From assembly GCF_006345805.1 (NCBI RefSeq), contig NW_021834361.1:1-49095 (forward strand): a DNA stretch of 49,095 bases, written 5' to 3'. Shown piece after piece: positions 11,020 through 23,603 of the stretch. Under the pieces are notes generated by a model. It had not been told where the DNA came from. It saw nothing but the letters and a program-made list of their open reading frames with translations, and ran no database searches. A program made the position numbers and the translations under genes. This DNA comes from Octopus sinensis. Its lineage: Eukaryota. The stretch's first letter is position 1. The number at the start of each line of letters is the position of its first letter.

Positions 11020-12430
11020 GGTACATATGTAGTAGTTGGCGGCCACTTTTTAGCGAATTTTAAAAAAACTATATTTTTTTAGTTAAAAAAATATATAATT
11101 AAAAATAATACAATATAAAAATAATAAAATCCCACGCTACTTTAATTTAATGAGAAGTGAGGTCAATCTATTCAATCTACCCACAAATATGTCAGAATAA
11201 TCCGGTTTGTCTACCTGTGGGCAAAAAATATATCTTCTATGGAGATATGCATGGAAAATCTTGGTTGGGCTTCACATACAACCGTGGACTGGTCAATGTA
11301 CATGCGTGAAATTTGCATGCTATCATTGACATCTCGTCAGAGATCCAAAATAGGTGTGCGTAAATTTATAATATAATAGGCGGTGAAGGAATGATTGTGG
11401 AAATTGACGAAAGTCATTTTTCAAAAAGGAAATACAACAGAGGCAGAATGTTGCCTGAGCAATGGGTTTTCGGCGGAATCTGCAGAGAAACGAACCAATG
11501 CTTCTTAGAAGCAATACCTGACAGAACAATGAAGACCCTTACGAAGGCTATTCTTGAGAATGTAGAAGAAGGCACCATTCTCATATCAGACTGCTGGAAG
11601 GGTTATTCAACAAAAGATCTTCAGGATGCAGGATATCAGCACCTGCAAGTGAATCACAGATATTGTTTTGTTGATCCAACTACGGGTGCACACACCCAAC
11701 ATATTGAAAGGTTTCCAATTATATAATTATTCCTTAGAATGTGGAGTAGCGCCAAATGGCGTAATAGAAAACAAAGGGGAACAGTCAGACAACACCTTAA
11801 TAGTTATTTTACGGAGTTCATTTGGCGACAGACAGCCAAAAAGAAAGAATTTGAAACAATCATGGAGTGCATTGCCTTACATTGTCCCCCAGAATCAAAA
11901 CTAAAAGAAAAAAAATAATTAATAATTTTGTATAAAAATAATTAATTTTTTTGGTACTTGTAGATTTCATGCTGCACGAAATAAGGCTCTAACTTAATTT
12001 TGGAAAATTTTTTTGATTAAAAATATGATATTTTAAAAGAAATTACAATGCCGAATTTATAAATATTATTATAAATTTTTTAAAAAAAATTTTAAATTTG
12101 TAAGTGCGTTGCGGGTGTTTGGGGGAATCTGTCGAGGAAGTAATGAGTGTTTCCTGGAGATGGTTCCAGATCGCACGAAAAGAACTTTGACAGCCGCGAT
12201 ACAGCGAAATATCGCACCGGGTTCAGTGATATACTCTGACAAATGGAAGGGTAATTGTAATTACTTTATTCTTGTTAATAGGTTATTCAACGCCAGATCT
12301 TAATGCTCTTGCATATGTGCCATTACATTTTTTATAGTAATATTATTTAAAAAAGGTAATTATTCACCAAAAAAAATATAGTTTTTTTAAAATTCGCTAA
12401 AAAGTGGCCGCCAACTACTACATATGTACC
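11020..12430 (+). mobile_element. Merlin (IS1595-related) DNA transposon, non-autonomous/composite
   Basis: ~60-bp perfect TIRs GGTACATATGTAGTAGTTGGCGG..; flanking 7-bp direct repeat ATATTTG (11013-11019, 12431-12437). Transposase motifs KIGG..VEIDES.F.KRKYNRGR, WVFGG, SDCWKGY, HTQHIERMW, EFIWR; second fragment at ~12105-12330. Confidence 0.93.
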
Positions 12431-12680
12431 ATATTTGAAAAATAAAAATTGGCACAAAACAATCCCAGGGGTCGGAAAATAAAGCACAATAGCCAACTAT
12501 TTACGCAGAATAGACGCGTCAATAATGTACGCACTAATAATTAAAAAGTTCAATATATAAATTAATCTCAATTTATAAAAGAACGTCAAAACATTTATTA
12601 AACAATATTTTATATTATTTTTAAAATTGAATAAAAGATTAAAATAATATTTAAAAATATTAATAAACAAGGAGGTTGTC

Positions 12681-14473
<1,793 letters not shown>

Positions 14474-14567
14474 TCCAATATTTAAATAATATTTATTTTT
14501 ATCTGTAACTTTTCTTTTTATATCGGTTAATTCTTTACGTTACTTTTATATGAGTGTTCCTGGGAAT

Positions 14568-14654
14568 TATTGAAATCTCGGAGATTTCTAGTTATAAAAC
14601 TGATTGTTTAATAAACAAATAAGGCCACGATTAAAGTAGGATAGAAATCCCGTC
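14568..14654. repeat. Dispersed direct repeat, copy 1 (copy 2 at 20092-20166)
   Basis: TATTGAAATCTC.GAGATTTCT..GATTGTTTAA..AAATAAGG.CACGATTAAA.TAGGATAGAAATCCCGTC is shared by both; copy 2 lacks 12 nt. Confidence 0.85.
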
Positions 14655-16513
14655 ACATTTGACTTTACCAAATCTATAAAATTATTATAATAAGTGAGCA
14701 TACTCTGTCTGAGTGGCCAATGTGTAGTCTCTGGGAAGGATTCAAAATACTCTGCATTGACTGTATTCACAAGCACTTTGACCTACAAATCACCACTCTA
14801 ATCGACTTTATTCAAATAAGCCACTCGTCTCTGAAGAATTGACACAAATGAGAAATATGGATGGTCAATCAAAACCACTGTGGATGGAACGTGCGTTGTC
14901 TTTGTGGAGTATTTATACAACAGTGACTGTGTTATGACGGTGATGGTACAATTCCCGTTCACATCGATAAGGTAAAGTAGACAGACAAATGTACAAAGTC
15001 GACCGAGTTAGTCCTGGGGCGAATTTGACTGCCTTTTTAAGGATCTCAGTGCATCTCGACTGGAATATCGTGGCCGTTTCCTAACGTGAACAAATATGTC
15101 TACTTTTTGATCTGCATGGTGTTTTTCAAATCGAGGACACACGTGTCTACGATAGCACTGTGTGAGTCCAAATATCTCCCGACCTGTCAAATTTTATCAA
15201 CAACGGTCACGGAATTAGTCAACGTGTGGAATATATCCAACATTATTGTCAAAACATGTCTACTCCACAAAACCAGGGGAATTCTACCAATTTGAGTCCA
15301 TTCTACAAACTTGTTGACTAACTCTGACAGATGCGAGTCCGCTAACACACAAATTATCTTTCCCTCGAGTTGAATTTGACAAGGAGAAAAGTTCAGCGTC
15401 CTTTTCCCCCCACCAAATTCCCCACCAAACAGAACAGAACCAGCAGATTGAGACAATTATTGAAGAGTATGCAGGAGAGTGTCTTTATTAGTCGGTGTAA
15501 ACCTGTACATCACGATAAAACGAGTTTCACCCAGTTTGTCGCGTATAAAGTGCTTGTCTTCCACGTATGTATTGTCGGACTGCCCAACTCAGGTCCGCAC
15601 AACTTAGAGTCCTACACATCCAAGGACGGACTACCGCAAGTTTTCCAACAAAAAAATCCCCATTAAATAAGCACATGAAGACAAGTCGAGTCACGGAAGT
15701 GTCTGAATTATCGAGAATTTTAATCAATCTTCGGAAGAAGACAACACTGGTAAGTGACAGGCCACCACTCGAATGGCCGCATGGTGTTCCCCGGTCCAAT
15801 CATTTCCTACAAACTTCATCATTTAAATAAACCAATTCGTGTCGAATAAAGACCCAAAACTGCAATGATAATCCAAAAGTCACAAAAAAGGAAATAAAAG
15901 AGGGGTGATCGAGAATGTGAATCCGAGCTATGATCTGCCAAAAAACCCACACATGTGACCTTAGAGGACGAGAGAATTTATTTTGTGAGTCAGTATACTC
16001 CTCTGATACTTCTGCATTCGAGAACTTATCAGCGATGACCCTGATTTGACAATAATCTGTAAAAGTCTCACGAGAATGTCATTTTAAAGTTGACCACCAA
16101 TTATATTTCCCGCCAAAACATTTAAAGTTTCCAAAATAACATCAAATCTTAATAATAAAATGGTATGGTGTGTGTCTGTCTGTCTGTCTGTCTGTGTGTG
16201 CACACCAACTTCAAATTGGCAATACGATGTCCTCGACTTACATGATGAGGTCCTTAAAACCTTCCCCCCAAAAAAATTAAAAAAAAATTTTCTGCATTTT
16301 GGTTAAAATGAACAACTACGATCTCCTCGACTTACATGATGAGGTCCTTAAAACCTTCCCCCTAAAAAAAAAATTAAAAAAAAATTTCTCTGCATTTTGG
16401 TTAAAATGAACAACGCAAATGTCCTCGACATTCATGATGAGGTCCATTAAACTTCCAGGCAAAAATCTCACGTATTAAGAATATCCTTGATAAAAACGAC
16501 AGCGAGAATATTA

Positions 16514-17364
16514 TGTCACATGGGCGACTATGTCGCTATGGGCAGCCAGTCCTTTTACGTGTTTCTATGGAAACCGCAGAAAAGGTATTAAATATTGAAT
16601 ATAGCAATTTATATATGGAAGAGTGTAGATTAATCAATTATTCTAATTTAAAATTACATTTGAATTATCTTTTAAAAATGGCTTACCCAAAAGTATATTA
16701 ATTTTAACAGCGTGGTTACTCATACTTTGTGATGTCTGGGTTTAAGGGTTACGTCAGAAATATTAACGAATACAATCAAATTAAGGAAGCGTTAATCGGG
16801 ATATTCCCGGAGGATATGAATGCTCGAAGCAAACACCGGTTGGCCAAAAAGGCTTCCAATTTTTGTCAAAAATGTCTGAAGAATCGTCAGCAGAAACATC
16901 ATTTAATTTCGAGTTAGGGTTACGTTAGGGTTTGGGTTAGGGTTAGATTTTGAATATTTATGTTGTCACTTGCCAACGTTAGGGTTTGGGTTAGGGTTAG
17001 ATTTTGAATATATTTATGTTGTCACTTGCCAACGTTAGGGTTTGGGTTAAGGTTAGAGTTAAAGTTGTTACAAACTTTGCAAAAAATTTGATGTAAATTA
17101 TAATTTGCTAATGTTGCAATTTATATTATCAAAAATAAAAATAATTCACATTATAATTTGCTAATGTTGTAAATAATTTTACTATTTTAAAGCAAGCATG
17201 GTTCAAATATAAAACATCATTTTCTCAAAAATTTAAAGTTCAATCATTAGTTCGTATCGTTTGCCTTTATATTAGTTGGCCTTTTAGTAAATATTTTCTA
17301 TGTAGTTGCCATGGAAACACGTAAAGGCCAGGTTGCCCATAGGGGTCTTATCACCCATGTGACA
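16514..17364 (+). mobile_element. Ginger/TDD-like non-autonomous TIR element
   Basis: TGTCACA...TGTGACA ends with ~60-bp imperfect TIRs. TATTA duplicated (16509-16513, 17365-17369); empty site present in Helitron copy 2 (~25230). Internal ORF 16729-16917 resembles the GIN/Ginger N-terminus (GIFP..RSKHRLAKKASNF). Confidence 0.75.
16914..17060 (+). repeat. TTAGGG/TTTGGG telomere-like repeats in a ~55-bp tandem unit (2 full units plus a partial)
   Basis: GTTAGGGTTTGGGTTAGGGTTAGATTTTGAATAT..GTTGTCACTTGCCAAC repeated. Confidence 0.85.
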
Positions 17365-18959
17365 TATTAACAATGATGAACTCCCAATTATTCGCGATAA
17401 AGAAATTCAATTCATCCTATGTTTTTCTCTTTAAAATTAAATGCATATATCATTATCGACCATGAATCAAAATTAAAGCTAATATCATATTTGACTTTTA
17501 CAGAATGTGCAATCACAGATTGCACGACTTTGAATAGAGTGTGCAATTAACAGATTTTGAAAAACCACTTTGATAGTTGAAACCACATTAGCACAATCAT
17601 TAACACAATTTACCACCAATTGACGCACGACCTTGAATAGAGTGTGCAATTAACAGATTTTTAAAAACACTTTGATAGTTGAAACCACATTAGCACAATC
17701 ATTAACACAATTTACCACCAATTGACAGCGCAATCTGAAGAATTTGCGTAAAAATATTCACTATTTAGTTAAGTTTTTCGTAAAGATAGAATTTATTTTC
17801 GGTATGTCTCTTTTCCTAAACTTTGTTATTATTCAAAAATATTTTTTCATAGATAACCGAAGGAGGAAGACGACCTTAAGAAAATAGTTTTTCATAAGAT
17901 AGATTTATTTTCTGTATGCCTCTTTTTTCCTATATTTTTTATTATTCAAAAATAATTTTTAAATAGATAACCGAAGGAAGAAAAACGAAGCTGAAGAAAA
18001 AACGGGCACCTTAAGGTATTAATTAAATCTTTTTGTGTGTCGCTTTTTTGCTGCTGCTACTCTGCCTGCCCCATTTCCGCCAGTGGTTTTATTACGAAAT
18101 CTTGCGCCACCTAAATTATGCACGGAACGAGGTTAGTTATCAAAAATATAATGGCTAACGTAATAGAGGCGACGATATTAACAGGTAGTATGAGTGAGGA
18201 TGTTTATATTCCACGAATTCCGATAATTTCTGATGAATTACCATTTAGATTTAAAAGGCTGCAATTTCCTTTGAGGATGAGTTTTGCAATGACAATAAAC
18301 AAGGCCCAGTGACACTCATTAAAGGTAGTTGGTTATTTTTAGAGAATGAGTGCTTTTCACATGGACAGCTGTATGTGGGATGCTCGAGGGTAGGCAGAAG
18401 AGAAAATTTATTCATATATGCCAAGGAAGGACGGACGACAAACATCGTTTATCAACAGGCGATAGAATAGGGTTACATTTAACCAGGTAGTTTTATACAT
18501 CTACATAAACTTATAGTTGTTTGATGAAACAGGCCCTCCGCAGGAGCTAGGTCGCGGTGAGCGAAGCGAGCTGCCGAGCTAGTCTTCAATAAAATAAGCA
18601 CAAAAACCTATCATTGTCGACTTTTACAGATCCGGACGATTTCCTGGTAAATTCTGCCGTATGGTGGGACATAAAGTTTATTGCGGAGTCATATATACTC
18701 GTCTACAATACAAAACGAGGACAACACAGCCAGAGGTGACCAAATGCAATTGTCCGGTCAAGGAGGAGATTTAAATTAAAGTTGTGAGTCAAAATGTGGA
18801 AGACTGAGCTCACTATTTTGGGGATATTCGAGTGGAAATGGCAATTTCCGAACAAATGTGAATTGCATTGATAGCTTTCCTCGAATTTGCACTCTCTTCA
18901 CCAAAACATTTCAAAAATTCAAATAATGAGGATATCTCGTGAAGAAAAGCCACTAGAGG

Positions 18960-20056
18960 GGCCAATTTGGAAAGACATTTTAATTCCAAACATGGTGCAT
19001 TTTCGAAAAATTACCCCTCTGGTAAGGCTGTTGAGGAACTTAAAAGAAATGTTGGATGTTTAACGTCAACGTTTAAAAATTTAAGACAGTTATCAAAGAC
19101 TTCTACAATTGCTAGGTTTAAGAAAAAACCGGAGAGTATATAAAAACGTGTATTATTAAACCAGGTGAAGAAATCTTCCAAGAATTTGGAAACAACAAAG
19201 ACATCTTCAATTGTTTCAATAATATACCACTGTCTGGGTTTTCTCTAAGAAAAATTTCTGAGAATTTTTACCTCTTAAAGGCTTTTTACCTTTTAAAGGC
19301 TACACTTATTAAACAAATAAAAGCCACTTGAGCATCAACTCTTTAAGGATTTGCTAATTAAAACTGATTCAAAGCATATTGATCTTCTTCAATAGAAGAT
19401 GGCTTTCCAGGTGGGATATTCTTAATCGATTCACACCCCTTATTGAAGAGATTCAATATTTTCTTGGCATCAAAGGAATGGAATATTCTGAATTGACGAA
19501 CAAGTTATGGTTACAGAAGCTACATTTTATGTGAAAAATTCAATCAATTAAATTTAAAATTACAAGGAACTGGAAATATCGCATTATTTATGTTGGAGGA
19601 AATTGTCTTATTAAAAAAAACTATGCTTGTTTGTAGATGATGCAGATAATGGGATTTTATCTCATTTCCCTAAATTACATAAATATTCGATGGAGATTAA
19701 AACGATTGAGTTTATTTTATATTAAAGAAACTCTTTTATCAAACAGGTCAGAATTAAATTAAAAAATACAGCAGATTCCATGATTTTAGAAAAAAAATCT
19801 ACCTTATTGTTCGTTACTTCTCCTCTGACTACGAAAACAGAAGATCTAAATTTTGCACCATTTTGAATAAAATATTTCTGAATTCAAGATGCAATTACTG
19901 GAATTAAAGTGTAAAGAACTATAGACTTAAAAGTTTATCCACCTAACTACCGAATTAGAAGCTTAGTAAGCAAAAATATGGTGGATATTTAATTATGTCT
20001 AAATGCTGTTTAAGTAAAAAAGTGGCTCTTAGCCACAAAAATGTTGCCGACCCCTG
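18960..20056 (+). mobile_element. Degenerate hAT transposon (Charlie/Buster, GTF2IRD2-like) with right TIR
   Basis: ANLERHFNSKH BED-finger remnant, decayed RWLSR/NLKLQG segments, 3' end ..ATGTTGCCGACCCCTG. Left end missing. Confidence 0.7.
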
Positions 20057-20091
20057 CCCATGGACTATCTTACTTGTTTATTGCTGAGAAG

Positions 20092-20166
20092 TATTGAAAT
20101 CTCTGAGATTTCTGATTGTTTAACAAAAAAATAAGGTCACGATTAAAATAGGATAGAAATCCCGTC
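20092..20166. repeat. Dispersed direct repeat, copy 2 (copy 1 at 14568-14654)
   Basis: See copy 1. Confidence 0.85.
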
Positions 20167-20415
20167 CAAATAGCCTCTACCGGGAATATACGACATCCCC
20201 GCTGACGTAGAAACACACAAGTCCACACAAATACCGCAAATAATAGGAAAAAATGTTTCGACAAAACAAACCAATGTAAAACGGCCTCCTATTTTCCTAA
20301 TATGGAATAATTATAAAAACATTCCATAACTGGAAACGTGCAATTGTCTAATTAACAGACTCTCCGCCTTTTAATGACTTTATAATAACAAATAAAAAAC
20401 TCAAATAATATAAAT

Positions 20416-21850
20416 TTATTCAACTGCACTGGTTCGGACATTTTTGCCAAGAACTTTCATACAACGAGCATAACCTCCGCCCGCCCCACTTCTACTGTCC
20501 TCTAACACTACTGGCATCAAACCACGAGAAAAATTCTCAACAGGCGGGAGAGAATTCTCACGTGATATAAGAAGTGTAGAACCCAGTTCCACCAACGTAG
20601 TGGCCATCGAAGGAGTGAAAGTACAAATTCTAATAATAATAATAATCAGAACAACTAACTCAGACTCGACAGGCAACTCATCCTCAACGACAGCCTCCAC
20701 TGCCCTCTTCTCCCTATCAATATTCAGCCAAAACATACATTTCCTCACACTTTGTTTCTGAGTTGATCTGAGAAGGAATCCGTGCCAAATAATCAGCCAA
20801 ATACAGGCAGTAATTCTCCCTCGACCAATCGAGAGAATATGGAGGACACCCATAGAAGAGACACCTCTACAGTCGTCAATAAGCAGTACATCAATCGAGT
20901 TGGGCAGAGGAGGGGTATTAAATCCATGGTAGCTGATAACACGGTCAATCTGAATATTATTCCCCCATTTCTTCAACAAATCCTTCTCCCACCCCGGAGG
21001 ATACCCAAATACCCTCATTCGGTAAATATGCACTGCCAACTCCCCACGAGCAAGTCCGAGGGCCACCCGCAGGTCATCACTGCATAAATCAGCCAATCTA
21101 ATACGAAATGCAGCCCGGTCTATGCCCACTAAATCGAGAGGACTCATCCACATGAATGTCGCACAAAAACCGTCTAAAAAGTAATAAAAATGATAAATTA
21201 TACCTTTTATTGAAGGTCTTCTTTCCTTCCGAGTGGATTGGAGTAGTCTTGGCACTGCTGTCCACTCTCAGGAAGTATCGTGGAGGGGATGTCGAGGACC
21301 TAAACAAATATCCAACAAAATTTACTTTCTTTTACTATTTGAGACTGTAAAAGATTTACTGTAGTGGACAGAATATGGCTTTCGGTGTTTTTTAGAGGAT
21401 TTGTGTCTCTTTTTGGGGGAGATCAATTCGTCCAAAATTCTCTCTCTGCAATCCGAGTCGGAATTGGACTAAATATGGCCAATGGATGAAATACGGAGGA
21501 CTTGTCTTTTTTGGAAAATAATTTGTCGAAAAAATTATCAATTTTATATTTATATTTTCTTAAAATAAATAATAATTAATTTACTTTGAATCTTTATTAT
21601 CGAAATATATAACCACCACGCCGTCTTCAGGTGGGAGACTACAAATTATAAGTTTAGTCACCTCTCCTCATGTCCGCAGTAAATTAAATTCTTATAAAAC
21701 GTGTCTAAAATGATCTTTTTAACAATAAACTTTCTTCGTGTATTTTTTTAGTGATTTTTAACAATTCCTTTTCGAAAGGTCATTCCACGAATTGATATTA
21801 TCAGTTTTGTCGTTTGAAAAGTGGAGAAAGTCGGGCAAAGAATTGTCCAT
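20416..21850 (-). CDS. ZCCHC8: ZCCHC8-like NEXT complex scaffold with PSP domain
   Basis: PSP motif RPGCISDDLRVALG..HIYRMRVFGYPPGW..ISYHGFN; upstream GVVVIYFDNKDSKKYKYKIDNF; several mini-introns. Start at 21850 inferred. Confidence 0.8.
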
Positions 21851-21959
21851 TTAAGTAAAACCAACAAGGAGATAATGCTAATTAAATTTTATTAAATTAA
21901 AATATATATTCTAAATAAATTAAAAAAATATATTCTATTTCACTATAAACATCCAATCA

Positions 21960-22420
21960 TCGAGCAAATTATAAAAGACTGCGAAATTGTAAATCTGCCC
22001 TATCATTGAAAGTATTTTAAAAAATGTATATCTAGGTGTCGGATTCTAATTACCATGTAACTGCAGGAAAACCCAATGAAAGATTCCAGGCGGATCTTAT
22101 TGATATTAGAAGATATAAAGAGTTTAACGATGGATCTAATTGGATACTGACAATTATTGACATCGACAGTAAATTTGTTGTCCGCAAATCTTTAAAAAAT
22201 AAAACTGCTTCTGGTAAGACTTGAAATTTAATTGAAGAAGTGGTGAATAAATTCCAAAAATTGTTTTATCAAATTGGATATTCAGATCTTGCAAACGGAC
22301 AACGGGTTGGATTTCAAAAACCAAAAATACGTAAAAATTGGAAACAATTTTTAGACAAAGTAACTTTTTCCTATAATACGACCACCACTCGGCGATCAAT
22401 GAGACCCCCTTCAAAAGTTT
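21960..22420 (+). mobile_element. rve-type integrase fragment (Ginger/KRBA2-like) with two 24-nt introns
   Basis: KPNERFQADLID..WILTIIDIDSKF..LKNKTASEVVNKFQKLFYQIG after removing 22012-22035 and 22214-22237; 3' part decayed. Confidence 0.7.
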
Positions 22421-22437
22421 AGGGGTATTTCTGGAAT

Positions 22438-23559
22438 TTTTTTTTTTGTCAAAAAGTTAAATGTAATTAACAAATAGTTATTAACTAACTAAATTCCCGG
22501 CATCGTAAATGGAAACACAGTTTCCACGTACTATGGCCAAGGAAATCCTTTCGAAAAGCCACTTGGACTCGCGTGGGTCTCCCCGTTTATGGGAGATCAT
22601 GCGGCCAAGCTTTTTTAGAAAGGAAAGAGACTTTTCGCCGATGACGCCGGAAGTCTCGACGGCGATGGGAGTGAACAGATACCGTTCAGAGAGCTCCTTG
22701 TATTTTCCAATCTTCATCTTCTCGGTTTTGCGAGAGACTGAGCCAGGCTCGACAGCTGAAGAAGGAAGGTTGAGCTCCGAGAAAGTGTCTGAACACGTCG
22801 CATCCCATAACAGAGACTTGCCGAACTCAAACGGGAAAGTCGATAGGCCGTCGGGTCTTTTTCCGTCTCCCCTCGCAAGCCCGACGGGTTCGAGGATTGA
22901 TGGAATCCCAGCGGCCGTGAGCCCCCTCTGAATAACGTCGTTAAGTGCTGCATGGCGTGGTGCGCGCCCTGCACTGCGACGACAGAAAGGGGATGTAGAC
23001 CAAAACGGTCAATGACAGCACCACAACGACATTTGTGTATTTCGCAGATTTCCAATCCAAGACGCAATGATAAACCAATTCGTAGGCAATCTTTGTCTAG
23101 TAAGTTACCGGTGGAAGGGACAGGGAGAGCATCCAGCCAGGCCCCACTCCTGTGCAGCAGCCTGCGCGGAGACATGCAAGTCTGTGCTGATCGAAATTTT
23201 TGCGTAGATGTACGTCAAGAGCTTCACAAGAAATGGCATCCCATTGAGCTTGGATACACGGGTCACTGGGTCTTTTGTTGTACAATGAATCCCACAGGTC
23301 CAAAGCGGCCACGTGATCAACTGACATTTTTCGTTCGGGTAGGTTTCTGAGAACAATGTCAGTGAGGACACGGGATGATGCCGTTGACGAAAGGAAAGCA
23401 GGAAGAGCGATAGACACGGGAGAACGGAGTCCAATCCCACCGCGGCTTACAGGCAGGGTGGATTGAATCCAACCAGAGGGTCGAAACGTACGTTGCATAG
23501 CGACTCTGCTCCGGACTTCAGAATATTTTCAATAACGGAAAGGAGATTTTGTTCGTGAA
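22438..23559 (-). mobile_element. 5'-truncated CRE-clade (RLE) non-LTR retrotransposon
   Basis: TLPVSRGGIGL, zinc knuckle CRCG..GLHPLSC, RPDG, WDATC, PIAVETSG, RISLAIVRGN; A11 tail; 11-bp TSD ATTTCTGGAAT (22427-22437, 23560-23570); frameshifts. Confidence 0.88.
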
Positions 23560-23603
23560 ATTTCTGGAATTAACACTGTGATTCGTAAAATACCAGGTTA
23601 TAA

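Larger units (their letters stand above)
16147..18582 (+). mobile_element. Non-autonomous Helitron, copy 1 (contains a Ginger-like insertion)
   Basis: A|TC 5' end, CTAG|T 3' end, GCGAAGC mini-hairpin 11 nt before CTAG, PIF1-helicase C-terminal remnant (RLQFPLRMSFAMTINKAQ..FSHGQLYVGCSRVG). Near-identical to 23604-26242. Confidence 0.93.
14588..18958 (-). pseudogene. PI4KA: Central, non-catalytic portion of phosphatidylinositol 4-kinase alpha; intron-containing and interrupted by a Helitron
   Basis: Spliced segments LVAFLHEISS, LFCDFWII..NDWTGEHHAAIRVVACHLPVL, ADSHLSELVNKF/LWSRHVLTIMLDIFHTL and RCTEILKKAVKFAPGLTRSTL match recalled PI4KA motifs in order. In-frame TAA at 16084-16086; -1 frameshift at ~18816-18819; no kinase domain. 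Confidence 0.72.

Noticed and set aside
11020-12430. Bacterial IS1595 contamination or recent horizontal transfer
   Set aside because: The transposase has spliceosomal mini-introns and sits between eukaryotic genes, as expected for Merlin.
16084-16086. TAA reassignment (non-standard genetic code)
   Set aside because: TAA ends GOLT1, NUDT9 and ATP6V0B at homologous C-termini; a lesion or base-call error is simpler.
16914-17060. True telomere or chromosome end
   Set aside because: Short, degenerate, internal and enclosed by TIRs with a TSD.
20070-20330. PIG-P-like small membrane protein
   Set aside because: The resemblance needs frame changes and is too weak to name.
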